Assembly (NCBI GenBank): GCA_018062765.1
Contig: JAGORR010000001.1
Span: 282,173-346,172 of the forward strand
Direction of reading: 5' to 3'
DNA: 64,000 nt
From: Minisyncoccota bacterium
GTDB lineage: Bacteria; Patescibacteriota; Minisyncoccia; Phycocordibacterales; Phycocordibacteraceae
Shown here: in pieces, positions 57,301-64,000 of the stretch
Numbering within the stretch: position 1 is the first letter of the stretch
Layout: each line of letters opens with the position of its first letter
Notes under the pieces: model-generated
What the model was told of the DNA's origin: nothing
Databases searched by the model: none
Seen by the model: the letters and a program-made list of their open reading frames with translations, nothing else
Position numbers and translations under genes: made by a program

Positions 57301-57909
57301 TTAGTCCCCATCCATTACGCGCCAGAGATAGAGCGAGGCGACAGTCCGATGGGGAACCCAAGGCTCGGCAAGTTTCTCCATCTTCTTTGCGTCAGGCTTC
57401 TGCTTCAGATTGAATACGCGTTGGAATCCTTTCTGTATCGCAAGGTCGCCGGTAGGAAGTACATCAGGGCGATACAGGGTGAACATCAGGAACATATCCG
57501 CCGTCCAGCGGCCCATGCCTTTAACGATAAGCAGGTGCTCGCGTATCTCCTCGTCGGTCATCTTCGGAAACTTCTGGGGTTCTATCGTACCGTCCAAAAA
57601 ACGCTTCGCGAGGTCCTTCAGGTAAGCGGTCTTTTGTGCGGACATGCCGGCCTTCCGGAATTGCGCAGCGGTGAGCTTGAGCATCAATGCAGCCGTAGGC
57701 TTCTTTTTCGGAAAGTAGGCCAGAAGGCGATTCAAAATCGTCGTTGCTGCTTTCCCTGAGAGCTGCTGGAATACGATGGAGCGGACGAGTGCGGTAAAGG
57801 GGTCAGTGCGCTTTGCGAATGCTTCGAGCTTGTGGCGTTTTAGAACCTCGCGCATTGCGGAATGCTTCCGGAGGTGCCGGTGAGCGGCGTCGAAATCGTG
57901 CCCTTTCAT
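57301..57909 (-). CDS. DNA-3-methyladenine glycosylase II-like (AlkA-type HhH-GPD)
   Basis: ...LVRSIVFQQLSGKAATTI...IVKGMGRWTADMFLMFTL..PDVLPTGD (HhH plus catalytic Asp). Confidence 0.75.
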   Translation of the reverse strand: MKGHDFDAAHRHLRKHSAMREVLKRHKLEAFAKRTDPFTALVRSIVFQQLSGKAATTILNRLLAYFPKKKPTAALMLKLTAAQFRKAGMSAQKTAYLKDLAKRFLDGTIEPQKFPKMTDEEIREHLLIVKGMGRWTADMFLMFTLYRPDVLPTGDLAIQKGFQRVFNLKQKPDAKKMEKLAEPWVPHRTVASLYLWRVMDGD

Positions 57910-57935
57910 GCGGGCACGATATCACACGCGCTGGT

Positions 57936-58406
57936 CTAGTATGCGACGATGGTGAGCTTGGCGAGAACATCGTTGCCCTCGCGATAGAAGACCGTGTAGG
58001 TGCCGGGCTTCTTATATGTGTGAACTACCGTCTCCATACGCGCGCATGCGTAGGTCTCGAGTCCCTTCTCGAGGCAAGTAACGGAGGTTTGGCTCTCGTC
58101 GCCGAATTCAAGCGTGTGCGCTTCGTCTCCCGCATATGCGGGAAGGAAAGTAACGGTAAGTGGCGCTTTGCCTGAGGCCGGGATAGCGCGAAGACGGTTA
58201 TTCTCGTCGGAAGCCTCAGGTACGGCGGGAGCCTTTGAGCCTGGCTTCACGAAGCGATCAGCGTCGAAGTTTACTTTCGCGTCTGCGTCGGCACCCTTAG
58301 GATGCGGCATACCCGAATCGCGGAGCGCGAAGGAAACACCCGCGATGATGGCGAGTGCGACCAAGAGGACGACAAGAAAACGAGGGAGTTCAGCTTTTTT
58401 ATTCAT
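57936..58406 (-). CDS. Secreted protein with PKD-like beta-sandwich domain
   Basis: Signal/TM MNKKAELPRFLVVLLVALAIIAGVSFA. ...PLTVTFLPAYAGDE...YTVFYREGN. Confidence 0.45.
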   Translation of the reverse strand: MNKKAELPRFLVVLLVALAIIAGVSFALRDSGMPHPKGADADAKVNFDADRFVKPGSKAPAVPEASDENNRLRAIPASGKAPLTVTFLPAYAGDEAHTLEFGDESQTSVTCLEKGLETYACARMETVVHTYKKPGTYTVFYREGNDVLAKLTIVAY

Positions 58407-58478
58407 ATACTCACCGTACGGTGAAGACGTGCCTACAGCAATAAGCTATCCCCAAAGTATTCTGTTACAATTGCGCGT

Positions 58479-58859
58479 ATGAAAAAGAACTCACTGCTTC
58501 CGTGGCTTATTGCCGCTCTCGTCGTGTTCGGTGCTCCGATGGCGTACTGGGCGTATTACATGTCGACACCAGGGAAGTACGACGCGTTTGCGACCTGCAT
58601 AAAGGATTCAGGCGCGAAGTTCTACGGCACGTTTTGGTGCCCGCACTGCTCCGCGCAGAAGGCGATGTTCGGAAAGTCGAAGGAGCTTCTGCCGTATATC
58701 GAGTGCTCGACGCCTGACCGCAATGGACAGCTCCAGGTCTGTAAGGATGCGGGAATCACCTCCTACCCAACATGGGAGTTTGCGGATGGCGCGCGCGCTT
58801 CGGGCGAGCAGCAGCTTGCGACCTTGGCAGAGAAAACGAGCTGCTCACTACCGGAATAG
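58479..58859 (+). CDS. Membrane-anchored thioredoxin-like protein with WCPHC motif (resembles the soluble Trx-like partner domain of VKOR)
   Basis: TM, then KFYGTFWCPHCSAQKAMFG... and a further Cys pair (CSTPDRNGQLQVC). Confidence 0.6.
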   Translation: MKKNSLLPWLIAALVVFGAPMAYWAYYMSTPGKYDAFATCIKDSGAKFYGTFWCPHCSAQKAMFGKSKELLPYIECSTPDRNGQLQVCKDAGITSYPTWEFADGARASGEQQLATLAEKTSCSLPE

Positions 58860-58865
58860 TCGCAT

Positions 58866-59183
58866 TTAGTGCCGTCGCATCCGCCTGAATATGTAGGGAA
58901 TGAGAAGCAGCAGTGCGATAAGGGATACTGCGGTTGCGAATGTGAGTACGTCAGTGCGTACATAGTTGGTCGTTGTGCCGCACGTCCCGCCATCGTGTGA
59001 CGTGAGCGGGGTGTATTCGTCGAGGTTAGTGATCTCGTCAGAAAGCGAACCTCCAGCAGAAATGAAGATTTCGGACGCGGCGCGCGACTCCTTCTGCCAG
59101 CCTATCGGCGGGCTGCACGCGTATGCGGGCGAAGCGACAAACAGAAGCGCGAGGAGAGTTGATGTGAATAGGGTCGTCTTCAT
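58866..59183 (-). CDS. Hypothetical small exported protein with C-terminal TM anchor
   Basis: MKTTLFTSTLLALLFVASPAYACSPP (lipoprotein-like signal) ... C-terminal TM plus RRMRRH. Confidence 0.4.
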   Translation of the reverse strand: MKTTLFTSTLLALLFVASPAYACSPPIGWQKESRAASEIFISAGGSLSDEITNLDEYTPLTSHDGGTCGTTTNYVRTDVLTFATAVSLIALLLLIPYIFRRMRRH

Positions 59184-59190
59184 ACCGGTT

Positions 59191-59793
59191 TTACATCTTG
59201 GAACCCGCGTACACAACGATGACGAGAATCACAAGTGCGACCGCGCCGACGAGCCATGCGATGCCGCTTGCGGTGCCTGAAGACTCAGATACCGCTCCGT
59301 CCTTCTTGCCGGTAATCATGCGGTCGACCTTTCCATACTTGATAAACTCACCGTACTTGTTGGAGCCCTTCGTTCCAGGGAGTGAGATGAACACAATGAA
59401 TGCGAGCATGAGTCCAATCGTGATGAACAAACCGATAGGTCGTATGATTGCCTCCCCGTTTACCTCTACAACCGCTGGCTGGAATATCGCTGGTATAAAA
59501 CCAACAATCCAGAAGCCGAGGAGGAGCCAACCTGAATAGCCCATGTCATGCAGTCTGCGCATTTGGAGGCCTATAGAGTAGGGTAGTGATATGAGTGCCG
59601 GAAGCACAGCGAGTATCATGCCGCCAGTGGAAAGATAAACAAGGCTGGCAAGATTCGAGCCGGTCGCCTTAAAGATAACTGGCATCAACATAAAGTACGC
59701 AACCATGACAATGCCGGTAACGGCCATCATGGCGAGCATGAGACACACGATACCTACCCAGTATTCGCGCACGCCGATACGTCCAGTGAACAT
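59191..59793 (-). CDS. DUF805-domain inner membrane protein
   Basis: MFTGRIGVREYW (DUF805 N-terminal signature). About five TMs. Confidence 0.7.
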   Translation of the reverse strand: MFTGRIGVREYWVGIVCLMLAMMAVTGIVMVAYFMLMPVIFKATGSNLASLVYLSTGGMILAVLPALISLPYSIGLQMRRLHDMGYSGWLLLGFWIVGFIPAIFQPAVVEVNGEAIIRPIGLFITIGLMLAFIVFISLPGTKGSNKYGEFIKYGKVDRMITGKKDGAVSESSGTASGIAWLVGAVALVILVIVVYAGSKM

Positions 59794-59948
59794 AAGTAAA
59801 AGTGAAAGGGAATAAGCGCCCAGGGCCTTACGAGGGTGATTATGGCATGAAGCACGCGGCGCCTGGGCGGCCGGTGTGGACTGCGATAGACCGATTCCTA
59901 GTTAAATAGTGGTCACGAATAATCCATCGCTGCGCGCTCACACACAGC

Positions 59949-59976
59949 ACAAAACCCGGCGCAGGCCGGGCTTTGT
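59949..59976 (-). terminator. Intrinsic terminator downstream of tRNA-Glu (minus strand)
   Basis: Minus strand: acacaaagcccggcctgcgccgggttttgtgctgtg. Confidence 0.6.
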
Positions 59977-59985
59977 GTCGGTGTG

Positions 59986-60057
59986 TGACCCCACGGGGAA
60001 TCGAACCCCGATTTCAGCCGTGAAAGGGCCGTGTCCTAACCGTTAGACGATAGGGCC
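59986..60057 (-). tRNA. tRNA-Glu (anticodon TTC)
   Basis: Minus-strand transcript GGCCCTATCGTCTAACGGTTAGGACACGGCCCTTTCACGGCTGAAATCGGGGTTCGATTCCCCGTGGGGTCA. Confidence 0.8.
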
Positions 60058-60132
60058 TTCGTACGAAGGAAGCACCCGTAAATCCTACATTTTAAGAGCC
60101 TGAAATGCTAGGATAGCCGAGACACTACCGCT

Positions 60133-60225
60133 GGAGAGGTGGCAGAGTGGATGAGGCCGTGCGGGGCATGGCCTCATCCGAGCTTGCGAGGAGGACGAAC
60201 TTGTTCGACCACCGAAACCTCTCCA
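60133..60225. other. Degenerate tRNA-Ser-like element. First 18 nt and the acceptor halves are identical to the downstream tRNA-Ser(CGA), but the core is replaced by a perfect 8-bp hairpin and has no canonical T-arm.
   Basis: ggagaggtggcagagtgg | atgaggcc gtgcggggcat ggcctcat | ccgagcttgcgaggaggacgaacttgttcgaccaccgaaa | cctctcc. An 8-bp acceptor (ggagaggt/acctctcc) is possible. No TCA/anticodon-loop fit for tRNA-Sec. Confidence 0.4.
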
Positions 60226-60246
60226 GATAGAATAAGTAGTCCATCT

Positions 60247-60333
60247 GGAGAGGTGGCAGAGTGGTCGAATGCGCCAGTTTCGAAAACTGGTATGGGGGAA
60301 ACCTCATCGGGAGTTCGAATCTCCCCCTCTCCG
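60247..60333 (+). tRNA. tRNA-Ser (anticodon CGA), long variable arm
   Basis: GGAGAGGTGGCAGAGTGGTCGAATGCGCCAGTTTCGAAAACTGGTATGGGGGAAACCTCATCGGGAGTTCGAATCTCCCCCTCTCCG. Confidence 0.85.
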
Positions 60334-60385
60334 CCGTTCGTATGTAGCAGAAGCAGCGAGACTGAGCGTCCACTACGTAACAGCA

Positions 60386-60420
60386 AAAGGGCCGCGGTTA
60401 ACCGCGGCCCTTTGTATTTG
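60386..60420. terminator. Bidirectional intrinsic terminator
   Basis: aaagggccgcggttaaccgcggccctttgtatttgg. Confidence 0.65.
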
Positions 60421-60433
60421 GGCGTTCCCGTCG

Positions 60434-60988
60434 CTACTCCTCGTACGCTTTCGCGCCCGCGCGCTCGAGCGAGTTCACCGCGCAGGAGTCTGCGGCCGCA
60501 GTGCCGAAAACTTCGGCGAGATGGTCGCAGCACACGTAGGCGGTAAAATTGTGGCGGCCCGGGTAAGGATCGTCATCGTGTATCTCTTCGCCGATCTTGT
60601 GGCTCGCGGGCTTCGCGCACGAATTGATGTGACAGATCTCGCCCTCGCAGCATTCCGACACTTCGTGGAGTCGTGTGGCGATTTCCTCCGGCGTATCAGT
60701 CGCTTTGAGGCGATTGATGATGCCGTCGACGATGACGTCGCGAATCAGAGCGATAGGAACGGTCTGGCCGCGTGACCATCGCTCGACGGCGCTGAAGCTG
60801 ACACCGAAATCGTCGGCGAGCATCTCGGGCGCGATTCCGTAGCTGAAGCTGCTCGCGATTATGACCGCGAATGTCTCCTGGTCGAGTTGCTCTCCACGCG
60901 GGGCAGCTTTCAGAACCCCAAGATACAAGAGCTTGCGCTTGATATCGGCTGCTTGCTGTAGATACCACAGATATCGAGCATTGCTCAT
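60434..60988 (-). CDS. XRE-type HTH transcriptional regulator with C-terminal Cys-rich (putative metal-binding) domain
   Basis: HTH ...ETFAVIIASSFSYGIAPEMLADDFGVSFSAVERWSRGQTVP. C-terminal CCEGEICHINSC...CCDH...C. Start set at MSNARYL with AGGAA SD. Confidence 0.55.
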   Translation of the reverse strand: MSNARYLWYLQQAADIKRKLLYLGVLKAAPRGEQLDQETFAVIIASSFSYGIAPEMLADDFGVSFSAVERWSRGQTVPIALIRDVIVDGIINRLKATDTPEEIATRLHEVSECCEGEICHINSCAKPASHKIGEEIHDDDPYPGRHNFTAYVCCDHLAEVFGTAAADSCAVNSLERAGAKAYEE

Positions 60989-61240
60989 GCCGTATTCCTT
61001 CCATTCCAGCGGGATGCTGGTCTTTAGGCACCCTACTCGGGAAGGAAAGCAGTGTCTAGTTCCAGTACTGATTTCGTCGGTTGCGAGGTGTCTAAATGAG
61101 CCAGAAACACGGTTAGCCAAGCACCTGATTTCGTGCTAGAATCCTCCTATCAAACGCAGCGCTGGGTAGAAGGGCTGTTCGGACCAAATACAGCCTCCTG
61201 CACTTGATGGCTTATCAGGTGCGTCACCGAAAGCTCAGAT

Positions 61241-61444
61241 ATGGAAATCGGAAAAGTAGTCGAGCTTGGGGAGCGAAACTCTGGCTTCATCAAACGAAGC
61301 GGGGTCAAGGACACGCTCTTCTTCCACGCGGATGCGCTCATCGGCATGGCCTTCAAGGATCTCAAAGCTGGTGACGTGCTTAATTTCCGCGTGACGGAGA
61401 GCCGCAAGGGGCCATACGCAACCGAGATACGACGTCCCGCGTAA
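61241..61444 (+). CDS. Cold-shock-domain protein (CspA family, divergent)
   Basis: 67 aa; GKVVELGERNSGFIKRSG...DTLFFHADAL...GDVLNFRV (resembles RNP1/RNP2-like CSD motifs). Confidence 0.65.
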   Translation: MEIGKVVELGERNSGFIKRSGVKDTLFFHADALIGMAFKDLKAGDVLNFRVTESRKGPYATEIRRPA

Positions 61445-61462
61445 TGCGAAAGGCGTAAAACC

Positions 61463-61492
61463 AAAAGAACCCGCATCGCGGGTTCTTTTGGT
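61463..61492 (+). terminator. Intrinsic terminator
   Basis: aaaagaacccgcatcgcgggttcttttggt. Confidence 0.65.
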
Positions 61493-61555
61493 AATTGACT
61501 TTATCTATATTTAGGGCATTATGTAATCGAATCAAGAACCTTTGAGGAGACGCAC

Positions 61556-61900
61556 GTGAACGAACATCTGATGGAAGTCGAGAAGAAGCCGCATACGCGG
61601 TGCCCCTACTGTAAGAACCTGGTGCCTGTTCTTGAGAAGGACGGGTTTGCGCACATCGCCGGCCACGACTACTCGGTCACGGCGCAGGTCGAGGAGACTG
61701 AGCGCCGGTCTCAGCGCGGGGGCCCTGATATCAGGAGCTTTCGCACCGTCGAGAAGCAGGTGGAAAAGTACTGCGGTGGCGGCAGCTTCCGCATCATCGG
61801 CCGAACGACGGACGAGGAACCCGAGCTCCAGATTCCGCCTCCAAAGGAAGAAAGGATTCCGCGGAGGATCGTGCTCACCTCGCGTCGGTTTGGCTCGTAG
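61556..61900 (+). CDS. Hypothetical small protein with CPxC..H zinc-ribbon-like N-terminus (GTG start)
   Basis: GAGGAG SD 8 nt upstream of GTG. HTRCPYCKNLVP...HIAGHD. Shares promoter/leader with the 63695 gene. Confidence 0.45.
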   Translation: MNEHLMEVEKKPHTRCPYCKNLVPVLEKDGFAHIAGHDYSVTAQVEETERRSQRGGPDIRSFRTVEKQVEKYCGGGSFRIIGRTTDEEPELQIPPPKEERIPRRIVLTSRRFGS

Positions 61901-61915
61901 CGCACAACAACAAAC

Positions 61916-61938
61916 GACCCCTCCTAGGAGGGGTCGAA
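61916..61938. terminator. Bidirectional hairpin between convergent genes
   Basis: cgacccctcctaggaggggtcg. Confidence 0.5.
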
Positions 61939-61944
61939 CTACGT

Positions 61945-62397
61945 TTATCCAAGAATCTCTCGCGCCTCTTCTGGAGTCACTGGTGTCACCGAAAGTCTAC
62001 TTCCGGGCTCGAGTGTTACCATCTCGACTAGTTCTTTATTCGCGCGCATTTGTGCAAGCGTGTATGGCACATCGAGTTTCCGTACAAATTCGACATCAAC
62101 TAGAAACCACAACGGCTTTTCGGTGCTCGCTCGCTTGTCGTAGTACTCGCTTTTCGCATCGAACTGCGTCGGATCGGGGTAGGAAGGACTCGATACCTTC
62201 GCTTCGCCATAGACTCCGGGAACAGCGCAGGAAGAGTGATAGAAAAGGACGGTATCCCCGACCTGCATTTGGTCGCGCATAAAATTCCTGGCAGTGAAAT
62301 TCCTCACACCGGTCCACGGCTCCGTGCCCACCCGCTCAAGGTCATCTATCGAGAATGTGTCCGGCTCCGTCTTCATAAGCCAGTAGCGTTTCGCCAT
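61945..62397 (-). CDS. EVE-domain (PUA-like) protein
   Basis: MAKRYWLMKTEPDTFSIDDL...WTGVRNFTARNFMRDQMQVGDTVLFYHS (EVE signature). Confidence 0.75.
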   Translation of the reverse strand: MAKRYWLMKTEPDTFSIDDLERVGTEPWTGVRNFTARNFMRDQMQVGDTVLFYHSSCAVPGVYGEAKVSSPSYPDPTQFDAKSEYYDKRASTEKPLWFLVDVEFVRKLDVPYTLAQMRANKELVEMVTLEPGSRLSVTPVTPEEAREILG

Positions 62398-62425
62398 ATC
62401 CGCAGTATACCGAGCAGGGTAGAAT

Positions 62426-63640
62426 ATGCCCGACATGAACGAAGCGAAGGCAAAACGGCAGTGCGAGGCGTGCGGCGGCCAAGCAGTCCCTCATGGGCTT
62501 CTCTACGCCAATATAGTGATAGACAGTCTCGTGGACCCTTTTATACCGTCCCGGAGCGGGAAGGGAGGATGGCTCGCACGTACCATGCACCGCATCGAGG
62601 AATGGGCCGCGCCGCGCATATTCCGCGCCACCGTCGCTTTGGGGATTGCAAAGAGAGTCAATGCCCCGGACGACGACACGCTCCTTCTGGCGAAGGTACT
62701 GTGGGAAGACGCGAATACGCGTGGCGTAGATATGTGGGAGTGGCGATTGTTCGGCCTCGCACGGAACCTTTTCCACGCGACTTTGCCGGACGGCAGGCGC
62801 ATCGCGTTTGAGGGGTTGCCGCTTCCGGAAAGAGATATGTATCGCGAGCCGTGGATGGACGACAAGGCGGAGCTCAAAAAAAGATTTGGTCCGGCCGGGT
62901 TTCCGATAGCTGCGGGCGGAAGCTTCAAGAGTCTAGAGAGGGCACTCGAATTCTTCCGTGAGCGCGGCGGGACATTCATAACGAAGCCTCACTCGGGTTC
63001 CGCTTCACGCCACACCACCTTGCACATAGATACTGAAGAGAAATTGATACGAGCGTTCCGTATCGCAAAGCAGGTATCGCCCGTGGTCGTTGTCGAGGAG
63101 GAGCTTCAGGGACCGGTATACCGGGCGACGGTCGTCGCCGGGAACTTCGTTGCACTCCTCCGGCGTGACCCACCGCATGTCATCGGGGACGGGGTACATA
63201 CAGTGCGAGAGCTTATGGAGGAGGCAAACAAGCACCCAGGGCGCGGGGGTCCGTACTTCTCTAAGATGAAGATTGATAGAGCGGCCGAGGAGGAGCTCGC
63301 ATGGCAGGGACTTACTCCGGAATCGGTACCGGAGGCAGATAGGCGCGTCACGCTTCACCAGAAGGTGAATTGGAGCCTTGGGGGCACTACTACGGACGTA
63401 ACGGATGACGTGCATCCCGATAATATTCGGCTTTTTGAGGACTCGGCCCGGTTCCTTAAGGCCTCCATTTCAGGCATTGATTTCATCATGACGGACCCCG
63501 CGAAGTCCTGGAAAGAGCAGAAGCTCTGCGGGTTCCTGGAATGTAATTCAATGCCGTTTTTTGATAATCACCACCTACCGTTTGAGGGTATGCCAAGAAA
63601 TGTAGCTGAAAAAATCTGGGAGATGAATGGCGTACGGTAA
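62426..63640 (+). CDS. ATP-grasp domain protein (RimK/cyanophycin-synthetase-N-like amide ligase). N-terminus carries a CEACGG motif.
   Basis: ...TFITKPHSGSASRHTTLHI (ATP-grasp K/G-rich loop pattern)...VVVVEEEL...; ~400 aa. Divergently arranged 28 bp from the EVE gene. Confidence 0.55.
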   Translation: MPDMNEAKAKRQCEACGGQAVPHGLLYANIVIDSLVDPFIPSRSGKGGWLARTMHRIEEWAAPRIFRATVALGIAKRVNAPDDDTLLLAKVLWEDANTRGVDMWEWRLFGLARNLFHATLPDGRRIAFEGLPLPERDMYREPWMDDKAELKKRFGPAGFPIAAGGSFKSLERALEFFRERGGTFITKPHSGSASRHTTLHIDTEEKLIRAFRIAKQVSPVVVVEEELQGPVYRATVVAGNFVALLRRDPPHVIGDGVHTVRELMEEANKHPGRGGPYFSKMKIDRAAEEELAWQGLTPESVPEADRRVTLHQKVNWSLGGTTTDVTDDVHPDNIRLFEDSARFLKASISGIDFIMTDPAKSWKEQKLCGFLECNSMPFFDNHHLPFEGMPRNVAEKIWEMNGVR

Positions 63641-63694
63641 TTGACTATATTTGAAATTGAGCTACAATACATACAGTTATAGGAGGAGAGGCAC

Positions 63695-63913
63695 GTGCAC
63701 GACATATCTGGCGGCAATGCGACATGCCGGAAGTGTGGGCAGGAGGTGGATACTTACATCCCGCTCTATGGAAGCGACAAGCGCCGACGCTACGTCAATC
63801 ATTTCGTCGACGATGGCACCGAGCATCGGAAATCGTGCGACCTGTCTTACGAGCCTGCTGACGACGCCGCCGGCGACCAAGAATCTACGTTTGACTACGA
63901 TACCCGAGGCTAA
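63695..63913 (+). CDS. Hypothetical small protein with CxxC zinc-ribbon-like N-terminus and acidic C-terminus (GTG start). Paralog-like to 61556.
   Basis: AGGAGGAGAGG SD 8 nt upstream of GTG. ATCRKCGQEV...HFVDDGTEH. Same TAATTGACT promoter box as the 61556 gene. Confidence 0.45.
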   Translation: MHDISGGNATCRKCGQEVDTYIPLYGSDKRRRYVNHFVDDGTEHRKSCDLSYEPADDAAGDQESTFDYDTRG

Positions 63914-64000
63914 TGCCTCGGGTACTTCTTTACCTAGCGGGTCTTCACCCAGTAGTAGATATCCTCAAGAGCCTTCACCGCGTCGCCGGCCGCAATATTG

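Noticed and set aside
60133-60225. tRNA-Sec (selC) interpretation of the tRNA-Ser-like element
   Set aside because: An 8-bp acceptor is possible, but there is no U-UCA-A anticodon loop, no 6-bp D-stem and no T-loop; it cannot be folded into the 8/5 or 9/4 Sec cloverleaf.
63914-64000. Partial + strand ORF running off the window end (MPRVLLYLAGLHPVVDILKSLHRVAGRNI...)
   Set aside because: Too short and without an identifiable RBS or domain to call.

Overview
GC-rich bacterial chromosomal segment (GC richness judged by eye) with compact, mostly housekeeping gene content. Many proteins are divergent, and the layout of small genes with frequent start/stop overlaps tentatively suggests a reduced-genome bacterium, possibly Patescibacteria/CPR-like (inference, low confidence). 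Recognisable genes: an RND efflux pair, ECF sigma factor, MltG, ABC exporter, BipA, DEAD-box helicase and a thiol/oxidative-repair cluster. That cluster comprises DsbA-like, DoxX, MsrA, NUDIX, MsrB, VKOR, Bcp and Nth. Further genes: MutY-like glycosylase, MFS transporter, RNase J, an orphan peptide-binding protein, SecG, GroES/GroEL, LemA, HtpX, and an OmpR-type two-component pair whose regulator is frameshifted. Also class II (B12-dependent) ribonucleotide reductase, an O-antigen-ligase/TPR protein, MurJ, LepA, FtsB-like, glutaredoxin, Hsp20, PrsW-like protease, ValRS, TsaD, NrnA-like, SPFH protein, two RNA methyltransferases, TsaC, AlkA-like glycosylase, a WCPHC thioredoxin-like protein, DUF805 and CspA-like. 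There are seven intact tRNAs (Ser-GGA, Gly-CCC, Arg-CCT, Phe-GAA, Val-GAC, Glu-TTC, Ser-CGA) plus two degenerate tRNA-like copies. No transposase, integrase or CRISPR array was seen. The most unusual non-coding feature is a ~700-bp hairpin-dense intergenic region (37.1-37.8 kb) carrying three ~100-bp palindromic repeat modules. Other candidates are a promoter-structured RNA-terminator leader (18.55-18.88 kb) and a small tRNA-adjacent locus at 61.5-63.9 kb. In that locus two paralogous Cys-containing small proteins share a promoter/leader and flank a divergent EVE-domain/ATP-grasp gene pair. All coordinates and calls are from manual reading of the sequence and ORF track; no database searches were run.
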